Shown here in pieces: positions 22,096-35,209 of a DNA stretch of 64,000 nucleotides (positions within the stretch are counted from its first letter, which is position 1; each line of letters begins with the position of its first letter). This DNA comes from Daphnia carinata (lineage: Eukaryota), in assembly GCF_022539665.2 (NCBI RefSeq), contig NC_081333.1:310001-374000 (forward strand), in the 5' to 3' direction. The notes under the pieces are model-generated. The model did no database searches, had not been told where the DNA came from, and saw only the letters and a program-made list of their open reading frames with translations. Made by a program: the position numbers and the translations under genes.

Positions 22096-23975
22096 CTGTC
22101 CAATGTTTTATCAAGAATAATGTGGTTATTTCATACGATATTGTATTTTATTTATTTGCAGAATTTTTAGGAAAACTCACAATGACGTTCTCGTTTTTGC
22201 CGATTATATGGGCCTTTCGTGCAGTAGTATAATCGGGTACGATCGCTCGTTCGAGACGATGCCCTGGATGGCCGACAACATTGCCATGAAGGCCCAGGTC
22301 ATGCCCATCTCTAAAATCTAAGCAAGTAATGTTAGTTTTATCTTAATATTTTTTCCTTCTTCAGGGTGCCACTGTTTCAGACGTTCTGGCAGAACTATTT
22401 ACTGGTATTCAGAAGTAACATTTTTACCTCCATCGTGTTGGCCAAATCGTCCAATAACAGGACTGGAGCATAGAAGCAGAACAACCACTGAAAAGAAGGC
22501 TGCTGCCAATTGATGATGGTGAGACATTTTTTCTTTAATTCGCTGTGTATAACACAAAATCTAGATTAAAGAAGTAATTTTGAATAACTTAAAACAATAA
22601 GAAGGGCATAATTTACCGGTATAGATGGGTCGTCGTTTGATCGAATTTTTAGCAGTTCTTGATGAGCAAAGGCACACAAGTGAGATTGGCTTTTGCTCTT
22701 GTTGTTGGCTGTTATATACCCCGTGAATACATCGAATTACCTACGGGTATCACGTGGCTTCAATGCCCAAAAAGACACTATGCTTGTGATCAAAGATAGC
22801 CAATTATGTTCTTTTAAATTAAATTTTCCAGTGGGGAAAACCGTCCGCGTTACACATACAGTGTTCAGGTTTTCAATTTAGGAAAAACCCGAGATCGTGT
22901 TTTCAACTTTCAATTGGAGATTCGCTTGGCTTGGGAAATCTATGCTGGCACATGTATGGAAGTGAGAGCGGATCCCACTTAATGTGTTTTCTTTTTTTAC
23001 CAATTAAAGTTGGTTGTTAAGCCGTGGCGACAAGTTCAGCCAATATCGTTATCTTCGAGACCCAAGATTCGAAAAAATAGAAGCATACCTATGGTTCTTT
23101 GGCATTCTAAACTTACGCAACCCAGCCGCGTTCGGATCACATTAAGCTTTTGATAATTATCCTTATTTTCCTTAAATTTTGCAAAACAATGTTTTGTTTG
23201 ATCTTTTGTTTATTCGACATTTTATTTCTTATTTTACAGGTGAATATTCTTATTATCCTTTGTGCCATTCTAGATTTCGCTCAAATATTGGAACTATGCC
23301 AAACTTACCTGTAAGGCCGTTCATTGCAGCAGACCATTAATGTCCGTCTAATATGGAGCAGTTCCTACAAACCAAAATTGAACGGGTCAAAATTCGAATT
23401 ATTCGTCACAATCTTTCTAAAAAAATTAGATTATTATGGGTAAAACTCTTTTTCGATCATCTATTTTTATTAATTAAAGTGCTTCTAATTTTACAATAAA
23501 ATTATTTGTATCTTTCTCCAGGTGACCGCCAAAATTCGTTGTTGCACAACTTCCAGCACGTACTTAACTGGTTGGATGCCCACCATTCACTAAACTAATT
23601 TACCTCATCTCATTTACATGTGCCTCTGTAAACGAGTACGTATGCGTAAATTGATGTGACGAATATCTGTCCAAATCGGAATTCCGGGGGAAAAGAGACG
23701 CATGTGGTCGCTAAAGCTGTGTGTGCCATCTTTTCGGTTCTTTTGACCGTCGTCACATTTCAGGTAAATCCTTTGCCAATTTCCACAGCTATGTACACAC
23801 TACGATCACCAAATGTATTGATTTTGCTTAATTTTCCGTAGGTGTATCCATCTGAGTAAATAAGACTATTCTAATTTACTCAGGATATTAATGTACACAT
23901 CGAAAACGTGGCAACTGCCTATTGGTTGGAAGGCCGATGTCATAGTTTTTTGCGTCGTTAGATTTCCGGAGAGGC

Positions 23976-23986
23976 GTATATAAAAA
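23976..23986 (+). promoter_or_regulatory. TATA box of the DUF4832 gene
   Basis: TATATAAAA lies ~75 bp upstream of ATG 24058. Confidence 0.45.
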
Positions 23987-24057
23987 AGCTAGCCTGTTTA
24001 AGCGTGATAGCACAACTCTTCTAGTCTATCCGTAGATTAGCAGCTCGTTGTACAAAA

Positions 24058-25996
24058 ATGAAGGTTACATTTATTTTGTTTGCGTTTTTTATGCTAGCCT
24101 GTCACGTTGCGCAGAGTCATCAAACAACGGAAAACCAAGCGGTGAGGCCATCAATTTTATCGATTTATTTTTATTATTATTTGAAATCATTTATATTTGC
24201 AATTTCAATCGTTTAAATGGTCTTATAAAGCCAATTAGGAAAAGAATACCTGCTGAACGTCAAGCATCCAACCCTTCGTGTGAGCAAGGATCGCCCCTAA
24301 AGTTCGTACCTTTTGATGGTAAGACTGAAACCTTAACCATAGTTTAAACGAACTCTTTAAGAACTATTGTCCTATCCATAAACAGGAAAAACTTTATTGG
24401 CCAATCCCGAGAGAGGTTACTATCATCACCATCATATTAAATTGTTATCGCACAAACCCATCAGCCAAGAGAATATTAAAAAATGGGCGAAAGAGGGCAT
24501 CACTCTAGCTTTGATGATTTTCGACATCGAGCCATTCGTGAAGAAAGACTTTACTGATGAGGCTTTGAAAAAAATGAAGCTCGATTTCAGTACGCTGCGC
24601 AAGGCTGGTATGAAGGGCATTGTGCGATTCAGCTACAATCAGACGAACATTAAAGGCAACCCCGACAACCACGATTTCCCCAAAACGACCGATGCAGAAA
24701 AACCTCAACTTTTGAAGCACATTAAGCAGCTGGAAAAGGTTTTCAAGGTATGTATGAAAAGCTGATAAAAATTTAAAAGTTGTCTATTAGTTAGTAAATA
24801 TTTTTTTTATTGAAAGGAAAACGTTGATGTCATAAACGTCGTCCAACTTGGACTTATTGGACACTGGGGCGAATGGTATTATTCGAGAAATTATGCAACA
24901 GAAGTGAAGAAGGATGGTCGGAAGGAAGGTTGGAAGGCGAACGAAAAACAGCAAAAAGATCGTAAAGATATAGTTCAAGCTATGATGAAAGCTGTCCCAA
25001 AAAATCGGATGCTTCAGATCCGCTATCCAGCAGCAAAACAGGTAAGACATTTTCATTGCTTTTATTGTTTATTAGCACCTAATTAAACGATTCCTTAAAT
25101 TTTCATTAGAAAATATACGGCAAGGCTAATACGAAACCAGACTATGATAGGTCTACGGAACCTTCGCGTCTGGGTATCCATAATGACTGTTTCTTAGCAG
25201 ACGAAACAGATACAGGTACATTCGCAGATGAATCGGAGAGAAAGTGGCTGGAAGAAGAAGGTCTCAGCGTCATGGTGGGTGGGGAATCGTGCGTAAAAAG
25301 TCCCAATACAGGATGCTCCAATGCAAAAAAACAAATCGAAAAACAGCGTTTTACTTACCTGAATACTGATTTCAACGAAGACGTAGGACAACCGTACAAA
25401 CATACAACAGCGAAAAGAATAATAAAATCTTTGTTTTCATTCCTTCAAAATTTAGGTCATCAAAGATTGGGTTAAGAATAAATGCTATAACGATATAGGC
25501 AACAGAATGGGTTATCGCTTCGAATTCGTTGGAGGGAAATTACAATCGACAGTGAAGAAAGGAGGCAGTTTCTGTGCCTCCCTCAAAATTAAAAATACGG
25601 GTGTGGCACCTCTTTACAATGCCCGCCCTGTTGAGGTTGGATCATTTTTTATTTCTCAGACTGTTCGACAGTTTCTGTTGCTATTGTGACGTTTTGGTAA
25701 ATTTGAATTTGTTTCATGTTTTTTTTTAGGTCATTTTGAGAAATGGAAACAAGAAATCTGGGCCCATTCGCCAATCAAGCATTGATCCCCGTAAATTTGC
25801 GCCTGGCAAAGAGACGACAATTAATTTGAACGTCCAGGTTCCTTCTGATATTGCTCCGGGCAAATACGAAGTCATTTTAAATTTACCTGATGAATCACTA
25901 AAGGATCCAAAGTACAGTATCCTCTTTGCTAATGGTGGGAAAGTCCAAGTCGAAAAGGAACGCTTTAATGTAATTGGTCAAATAACCATCCAGTAG
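24058..25996 (+). CDS. Secreted DUF4874 + DUF4832 protein (predicted glycoside-hydrolase-like TIM barrel plus beta-sandwich), 7 exons
   Basis: Signal peptide MKVTFILFAFFMLACHVAQS, then ANPERGYY, AGMKGIVRFSY, VQLGLIGHWGEWYY, QIRYP, RLGIHNDCFLA..TD.GTF, VGGESC, TYLN.DFN, MGYRF, N.G.APLYN.RPV, DPR and YSI.FAN. Introns join in frame. Confidence 0.8.
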
Positions 25997-27510
25997 GCTA
26001 CAAAACCCAACTGTGTATGGGTTCCTCTATTATCTTAATCATGAAATAGTTGTGGAGGTGAAATAATATTGCAAGTAGAAATATAATTCAGCTTTCAAGC
26101 AAATTCAAGAGTGTGGGTTTGTTGGTTTTTTTATTCTTCTGGAACAGTGTATCATTGGTGATGATTCGCAGAAAAAGTCGATGGAGTCAAAAGCCAAAAC
26201 TTACCCTTCCTCCATTATTGCTACGCGCTATTTTCCTACTTTTAGCGGGAGTGCTCCGAACTATGTTAGTCTCACACAGCAGTTGGGTAATATGCACTAG
26301 TGGATTGCCGCGCGGGCGACGGTACAATACTTTTTCACGTGCTGCATACCTTTTCTCTTTGTCTCCGTATTTAGCCAAAAACAGATCTACAGTTGAATTT
26401 GTTATGCCAGTTCCTTTTTTGTTGGGTTCTGTATCAACAAATTGAAACAGCATTCAAGAATACCTTGATGTTGCTGCTGATTATGAAGCAACAGATGTAT
26501 CGGTTAGCTATTGGAGTATAAACTTTCAAAAAGCATGGTTTATCAGTTCGAAGTTCTTTCACAGGTCACCTATATGCTCTTCAGCAAGGATTTAGTCTAT
26601 TAAAAGATAAAGAAGACCTGGAATTTTCATGTGATCCATTGAAATGGCTTGGCAGAAAGAAAAAAGAACTGAGGTCGCTGAAGAACAAGCTCCACAAACA
26701 AATCTTATGATGTGGGGAATCGCTACATCCTTCATTGATGTGGGTTAATTAACTGTGTCCATAATTTGTTGTGGTTTCAGACAGTATATGTGATCTAGCT
26801 GAGGCTCAACTTCCTGTTGAAAATGTTGCTCATAATCTTTTAACCTGGGCTGAAAGCAGATTCCAGTTATGCCCTATTAATCGGTTCAACAAGTAAGATA
26901 TATATTGCATTTCCTATCACATGTTTAAAAGAAACTGTTTCTTATGCATTTACAGAATTGTTGTTGGGACATTCTTCAGTGCCAAAATATTGCTGGATGT
27001 GTGCCCAATCTTTGGCGAGCTAAACAAAGAAATGGCCAAAAACAAAAAGTATTTCTTTTAAATATAATTTATTGTCTCAATTTAACTATTGTGTGTGTAA
27101 TTGTAGATATTTCAGTTTACACATTGTCAATTTGATACATTGCAGAACTCCTTCCTATCGGAGGTAACAAAATGCACATTAAATCTCTTCAAGAGGATAT
27201 TTAATATTCTATGGCATCGTTCCTGAGTGTTGTGTGTAAGATAATGTAAATGATGAGTGTCTCAATATTGATTCAGGTGATGCTTAACATATTGACAACT
27301 TTGAATCAAAAATCCAACCCACATCCTGTTATTTCACGAATAAGTAAGTAAAACCCATAACTTTCAATTTTACAGTGAGGAAAACCGTTCGCGTTACACG
27401 TAGAGTTTAGGTTTTCGATTTAGGATAAACCCGAAATCATGTTTTCCACTTTCAGCTGGAAATTCGTTAGGCTGGGGAAATCTAGGCACATGTATGGAAG
27501 TGGGCGCGGA
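25910..27510 (+). repeat. Segmental duplication copy 2 (DUF4832 gene 3' end + block C + short repeat); matches ~35210-36830
   Basis: 'gaacgctttaatgtaattggtcaaataaccatcca' and the following ~1.5 kb recur at 35.2-36.8 kb. The tail 'gaaaaccgttcgcgttacac' is also at ~22835. Confidence 0.9.
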
Positions 27511-28881
27511 GCTGGCAGTTATGGCTTCAGCGGGAAGTGAAACAAATAGCAGGTCAAACATTCCGTGAACCATAATTATGTTAGGACCGTTTTTAATTAG
27601 GACCGCCCATCGTTACAGAGGGACAGTCAGTTTGCCAAAACATATCAGTCGTTCCACTTTTGCTGTTGCGTACGCTTTGTTCCCCTCGTAGTGCGATGTA
27701 CGTTCACAACGAAGAAGAAACAGCTAAAAGATCTCGCCATACGGCAAACAATGGCTAATGTGTATTCAGTATGTCCATGCAAATTCTTCGCTATTCCAAT
27801 CTAACGATTCCCTGTTCTTTTCGTTGGAAGCAAAATAAGATTGCATCCTACTGCGATCTCCATCTGTCCGAACTCGGGTTGTGTGAATTTGATTCGTTAT
27901 CTTCCTACTACATCCGGAAAACTGCGAGTTTTCTCATGTATTGCTTAAAATGTGAGAACTTCGTCTTACTCCGTGTGGCACGTAATTTCGTAAGATAAAA
28001 AGTCAGTCCACCAGCAATGGACGTTGTGTAGTTAGAAGGAGTACTTTCCAATCAAACGGGGAAGAACGGGGACTCCGCAAATGGATTGAGATAAAGCAGA
28101 TAACAATTGACTTTATCAAGTGAAGCCGTAAAAAAAACGTGATTAAAGAATAATTTCTCGTTCGTTGCTTAAATTGTTATGTCGAAACTTGTTTGTCTCG
28201 TTCCGTATTAGAAAAAGATAACGATATCTGCTGCCTGGATTTTTTTTTATCTTCGCGATGAAGTAAAAAGGCAGTGCGAGATACGAGACGTTGGACATTT
28301 CAAGTTTGTTTAACCCCACCGTAGGAAACAGAGAAGTCCTTATTTCTACACAATAAGGTAAATGTTTCCGATTTTATTCAGTTAGTTTATATGTAGCAAT
28401 TTACGTTTGTTTAAGTATCATAAACTTGTTAAGCTCCAGCTCTTCTCAACGTTAGAAGTGTTTATTTTTTTCTCTCGTAATAATAATTTATATCATATAA
28501 TATAGTAAAGATAAATAAACTTAAGATTTTCTGGCACTATAATTTAACCCAAAAATAATGGCGAGTTATTCAATAGTTAAACGTTCAAATAATCAAAAAG
28601 CTATTTGACTAGTTTTCTTCCGCTATCAACCATCGTCTTGCTCATATGTTTGATGTACCATAACATTTTAAAATTTGCATTCTCGGTCGAATATCTCGTG
28701 TTTATCAAAATGTTTATGTCGTTACTGTTATTTGTTTGTGGAACCAGTGGAGCCATTTGTTCATGATCATAATTTAGAATATGCTGAACATTTTCAAAAT
28801 GTTTTTTTTCTTAGGTTTCCTGTTTCTGAAACAGCAAGCAACAGGGTGGACAATAGAATTAGCAACGAGACGGGCAGTAGA

Positions 28882-31800
28882 ATGGCAGCCGACGAACAAC
28901 CAAAATTAGAACAGCTTTTGTTTCAAGGGAAAAAATTGGATTGCAAAACCAGTATTTTCGGTGGCGGATGCTGGGGGCTCTTGTTTGACGGACATTGGAG
29001 GGAGAAGAATGAGAATCGAGGTACCGAAAAGGATCGCGTGAAATCAAAGGCTCCTAGTCTAAAAAAAGAAGTTGCGGTAAGAAGAATTAAAAATGAAGAC
29101 TGTCTTGATGGGTGGAAAGCTGTGGCCGACAAGCTCATAGAAGGAAAAGAACTGAATCACAACAATGTCCTACGAGTTTTCGGTTATGAGGAGGACGTGG
29201 CCAATGGATGGAGGTTTTCATTATTTTCACGTTGGTGGCTAAAGAATTAACAGTATGAAATAAAGGCATCTCATTTTTATTTACGGTACAGGTATTTTGC
29301 TCTGGAACCGTACACTGCCACTTTATACGACTATTGCGATTATGAGTACAAGGGACCGATGCCAAATGAATCGCAAGTTCTTTATCAAATTACCAGCGGA
29401 ATCTACTATCTGCATGGAAAAGAAATTATACATGGCGATCTTAATCCATTGAATGTCGTTATAACTGCCCAGTCCCGTCCTGTGCGAATGAAGATTTCAG
29501 ATTTCCGATTGAACAAATTCAGTTACAGTAAAAATCTGTCGGAAAGAAAAGAAAAAATTTCTTGGGAAATGGAACTCTGTAAGAGAAAGTATTGGACATT
29601 GTCAGAGAAAACTGACTCCCTGGAAGGAATCGAAGACGCCACTGAAGATGCCATTGCTGCTGGATGCATTTTGTTTTATTATCTAACCCGTGGCGAACAC
29701 CCTTTTGGTGATGATTTTAAATCAATTTTGAAAAACCTCAAGGAAACGAACCCAATCAATTTAGAAAGTAAGTTGGCATACATTCATCATATTTATTACT
29801 CTAAAGTGGCTTTTTTCTTAACTAAGGTTTACGCAAAGATCACTTTGCCCATGAGCCCATAAAAAAAATGATTATTCCATCCCCAGTAAAAGGATTCAAT
29901 TGGTTGCACATAGCAAATGAGAAATTTAAAGACGCACTTTCAAGTAAGTCCAGAATTTCTGAATTCGTTTATGGCCTGAGTAATCATTTTTACAAATTTA
30001 ATTCATCATCTGATTGAATTTGCAGTCCAAGTCAACACCAGTAAACTACTTGGTAACGGCACTTATGGACACGTGTACGAAGGGAAATTTAATGGCGATC
30101 TTGTTGCGGTTAAACAAATGACGACGACAACGTCACAAAAAGAAATTATTCAAAGAGAAATGAGTACACACATAGGATTGGATCACGTAAATGTAGTGAA
30201 ACTCCTGGATGTCGCTGATTCGGCCGACAATAGAATCACGTAAAATGGCAATCTGGTTTCATTTGAATGTTTTATTTAAGTTAACAACTTGTTAAAACCT
30301 GACAGGCAATTGGTTTTGGAATGGTGTGCCGGGACATTGGCAGATTATTGTGAAAAGAAATATAACGGGCCGGAATTGCCACCGGACGAATTGGTCCTCT
30401 ACCAAATCGCCAACGGATTGCATTACATCCACTCGAGAGAATTGGTGCATCGTGATATTAAACCGGAAAACATCCTCATTTCAAGGACGACGCCCATTCA
30501 AATGAAAGTCTCTGATTTATCGTTTGTTAAAAAAACGCGACATGATATTTTTTCTCAGAGTAAAATCAGAGGAACTCTTCAATGGATGGCCCCTGAGAGG
30601 CTTCAGTTTTTGAATGACCCTGACAACATGCCTGCCGATCTCCCAGATGCAACTATCAAAAGTGACACGTATTCATCCGGATGTGTATTTTTCTATTTCT
30701 TGACGCGTGGCAAACATCCATTTGGGAACAATGCCACTGCTCCTGCCAATATTTTAACTAACAATCCAGTAGAATTCGTCAAGTACAAGGAAGGTAAATC
30801 CTTTCGATAGTAATTTCTTTAAGTCATGTAAAGCAGCAAAAATTCGCCCTTTTTATCAAATTTACTTATTTGACATTTTTAGAAAAATCTTTAGTGGTAG
30901 AGGACGTAAACGGAAAAGTCCTTGTTGTGATTCAGAAGATGATAAAATTTGAAGAAACAAAAAGAATCGGATTGGATGAGGTCATCAAAGAAGTAGCCAA
31001 TTTGTTATACGAGAATAAGGGTAGAACCTCAATCCTTTTATTTCAAAATGAATTGATTATGTCGATCCTTTTATTTCTTTTTAGATAAAATCCAATCTCG
31101 ATTGCGTCACGTTGACATGGATATGGACAATCAGGTCGACTTCATCTGTACCACCACTGAGCCAATTCTTGCATGTATCAGTAAAAAAGAGTTAACATTT
31201 TACACTCGAGAAAATTCTTCTATTCCGTTTTCTAATTGGAAAAAGAAAGTCATTTGTCTACCTCAAAACATCGACGGGGGATCAGTGATATCATTTGAGT
31301 GGAATGTAAATCAATTGGCGGCTGATTTTTTATCCCTGATTTCGGACGTAAACATAGATCCCTAACACTATCTTTATTTGATCTGGTTGTTACGGATAAA
31401 TGTATCGGATAACGAAATCAGGGACAGACAGATTTTATTTTTCCATACAACTAAGAGAAACTCAAACGCATAATTTTGAATTAGATTGACGGTACACAAC
31501 TAGCTGCTGCTTCAAGAGATACGCTCGTCGTATGGAATTACCCAGAGGGCAAAATTCGCTTTCAAAAGAAATTCTCGCATGTCCATCAAATAGAATGGAA
31601 TCCAACCAGGCACAACTTGCTGGCTACTTTTGGAAGGGTAAGTCGCAATGTCAATTTTGGCTGGTCCATCAACAAACTTGGGTCCATTTTCATGTCAAAA
31701 ACCTGTCCATATTGCCAAATGTCGACCATCTGTCCACATTTTTCTTGGTTGAGAAAAGCTTAAAAGTTAGCTGGCGACGACATTTAAAATTTGCTGCAAT

Positions 31801-33834
31801 TCATTGTTTTCATTACCATCATTATTATTCTGATTGAATTGGTAAGAAACTGTTACGATCATAAAGCATTTACCATTTCATGTTTAAAGTTAACGATTCG
31901 TTTCTCAAATTCAAAATTGAAGCCTTCATTTCGATAAAGTGAACATGCGAAGTTGCTAGTTCAACAAAAGCAAAAAATAACCTTTTTATGCCCATTATTG
32001 TGATGCAGTTCATATTTTTTTGTTTGCCCTGTTTATTTTTTGTCACTTCACCATTGCCCATGCAGGAATCAGATCAAGTTGTTTTATGGGATTCAGCCAC
32101 TGGCGACGTGATCACCACAATTGACAGTGAAAGGGTTACGGCTGTGAAGTGGATTTCTGAAAATCAAATCGCTGTGTCTTCTTATAACGGAACGATTAAG
32201 ATTTTTGAAATGGATGAAAACAATTTGACAACAACTCGACTCGTGAAAGAATTCAAACATGGAAGGGAATATTTTTATCTGAAATGGAATGAAAAGACCC
32301 ACTTTTTGACTAGTGGGGGTGATTTCCAGATTAAAGTAAATAATTTGTTTATTGACGTAACAAAATGAAATGGAAGATATCATCGATCTCGTTGGAATTT
32401 GCTTTTTTATTCAATTGTCTTTTTACTTCTTTGCAGATTTGGTCCATGGACCGTGACGAGCCCATTTATAGCCTGTCGATTGAGAAGGAGATTTCGGCAT
32501 TTGCTTGGCGTCCGTGCCCAGGAAATGGGGAAGAAGAGGGCGGAATCAAAATGGCAAGTAAATCGGCCACTCTTGCTTAGTAAGTCCATCTAAACGTAAA
32601 TTCTAGTTTTTTTTGTTTGTTCGACTGTGAACCTTTGTAAACTTCGCCTCTTTTCTTTTCAACGCGAATCACCCGATGAATTGTTACGACTGAATTCAAA
32701 ACTATTAGCCACGGCAGGAGGGGAATCGTTGTCAAATAATTTTTTCTGATTTTAGTAGGTTCAACCTGGAGGTTAACGAACAACGTCATTCGATTGCGGA
32801 AGCTAAACGAAAGGCATACGAGAAAAAAAAACGAAAGAAAAACGCGAGTAGTCGAACAATTGAATTCGCGAATTCAATTCGTTTCCCTGTTTAGTCCTGT
32901 AAAAGAACCTGACAGTCTTTCCAGGTGGCCTACGATTTGCTTAAGTTAAAGGGTAACAAAGAAATGTAAGCAGAGGATCTCATGGAGGAAAGAATGTGGG
33001 CAATTGAAAAGTAGTTCGATCGAGCCGGACTACCATTTTTTTAAATTAAAAAGAACCAGCAATCATTTTGTGAATTGGTGTATGATCTATGTATGCTGTT
33101 TCTATTATCATTTCCCATATTCTCTGATGAGCTTCTTTTTTCCTTTTAGTTCAACAGGAAGTGGCGTTTTTATTTGGAATCCACTGAAAAACGAACAAAA
33201 TCTACAACGTCTTGCTGATATAGAAGTAGATAAGTTGGCCTTTTCATCCGATGGTCGGTTACTTGCAGGTTTCGGCCATAAGAAATTAACGATTTGGTCA
33301 GCGGAGGTGAGAAAACAATCTTTTTAGAATATCGTCGTTTTAGTCATGGTTTTAATAAGAACGCAATGCTACGTCTTTAAAGTAAAAGAAAATTCTTTTA
33401 ACTTTGATCAAATCTTTTTTCTTCCACGCCATTTTTTTTATTTCAGGACTGGAAACAAATTTTAACCTCGGATGTTGATCTAAGTATGGACATAGCAGAT
33501 GTATCGTGGGTTTGCACAGAAAATTCTACAAACTTTTACGAGAATAAAATCATAGTCAATGTTTGGGGCAAGGTAAGTGATAATCGCTTCCAGCGACGGG
33601 TTTCAAATTATTCTGCCTGACGGTTACTTAACAATTTTACCATGGCTTACAGTTAATGCTCCTGCGCATTATTTTCTTTCTGTGTAGCCCAGCAAAGCAT
33701 TTGAATTCGCATTCGAAGAAAGTAAAACTTCTGATTCAGCTAATCCGAAGAAATTAGATGACGAGGACATGGATGCCGATAGCGACGATGCTAGTCCTCC
33801 AACACAGCCAAAGGGCAACTATTCCTCTAAATAG
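28882..33834 (+). CDS. Tandem IRE1/RNase L-type pseudokinase + kinase fused to a C-terminal TBL1/Ebi-like WD40 propeller; multi-exon and apparently intact
   Basis: Kinase 1: FGGGCWG, VAVRR, HGDLNPLN, ISDFR, YYLTRGEHPFG. Kinase 2: LGNGTYGHVYEG, VAVK, LEWC, HRDIKPENIL, SDLS, GTLQWMAPE, YFLTRGKHPFG. WD repeats: FEWN.DGTQLAAAS, VVLWD, IKIW, AFSSDGRLLAG. The exon junctions I checked join in frame to TAG 33832-33834. Confidence 0.85.
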
Positions 33835-35209
33835 AATCAAATGAACAAACGTAGATCCTGCAAAAGACGACACTGTAACATTGTCGAAGTATAAGATGTT
33901 TCAATCACAAATAAAAAATGTTTCAATTAAATTTTTTATCCAAATGAACCGTGACCTTTTAAACTACGTTTTTGATTTTAGCATTCTGATTGTTTGTACT
34001 GCATCGCACGTCTTGATTCGATTTTCGTTTACAGGTGAAAGAATCATTGGTTGAATTTCCTTGGTTGCAAGTAAAAAAACATTTCAGAAGCATCGAGATT
34101 GGTTGAACTTACACGTTCCATCGCCGACAGCAAATTACAGTCATTTTTTCTTAGACCCGATATTAAATTCATGTTCATACGCCCTGATGAATTCGCCCCA
34201 ATGGCTTCGAATATTACCGAGTTCATTGAATTTCGCCACAGTTGCAGCACTTGAAACGGATGGCGTTGGCGGAGTTAATTATCTCTGGGCGTTGGCTTTT
34301 ATGTTGTCTGCTTTTGCTCCAACAGATCCTGATAGACATCGATTTAGCTGATGGCAATTGTTGGTTATTAGGAAAGTTATCGTTCGAATTACTTTCGAAT
34401 AGGAAATATGATGTCATTCAATTGTTTCTTCTTTTCATCGATCACTTGTTTCAGTCATCTAATTGCAATGAGCATTTTATTTTAAATCAGCAATTCCCAA
34501 ATCGAAACGACCTTGGTTGATTTTTTCTTATTCTTGTCAACGCTGGCACAAATTGCTTTTGGCGAAGTAGGATCCCAGCTATTTCTGTCTACACAGTTCC
34601 TTTCCTCCGTAACATTAGTCTAGTGATTCAGCTCTGTGAGTTAGGACGTAACAGATGTTTTTAGTGGGACATTGTTCGCTTTCAGTGTGCACTTTAGCCG
34701 CCATTTTGTACTGAAACAAATGAAGCAGATGGATCAGTCTAGTAGCCGAACGCCCTGCCACGACTCGTTTTACTTCAGAAACAGTTAGTAAAATCTCTAC
34801 ATTTTGCATCATTTGCAGTGAATCGAATGGGTTTTGTTTGCAGATTTGTAATTCTTGTCTATTTTTTGTTATTTTTATACTTAGACAGATAAAGGGACGT
34901 TTAATTTCATCCCACGTCGTTTCAATGGTTTCCCAATAATATCTTCAAATTGTTAAAGTTTTCGTGCTCTGCATCTATACCAATGGGGGGGATTATTATT
35001 CTTTGCAGTTATCCTTCAAATTAGTCTTGACAAAAGTTTTAACAACGGTCAAATAGGTGTCGTTTAAAAGAAAATGACGTGGGGTGCGTTGTTTAGAAAG
35101 GCCTGTATTGTTGCCGATACGCTTTGGGACCCCATTAGCTTGGTTATAATCATAACAAATTATTTTCCATGGCGCATTCAACTTATAAGTAAATCTCTCT
35201 TTATCTTCC

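Noticed and set aside
30870..31310. KEN RNase domain after the second kinase
   Set aside because: The sequence goes from the kinase C-lobe directly into WD40 strands, with no RNxxxH motif.
32577..32582. Apparent stop ending the kinase-WD40 gene (ATLA*)
   Set aside because: The TAG overlaps the GTAAGT donor. The spliced codon is TA|T (Tyr), with the same arrangement in the paralog at ~14936.
34000..35200. Coding-like fragments on the minus strand
   Set aside because: Many stops and no family I can identify.
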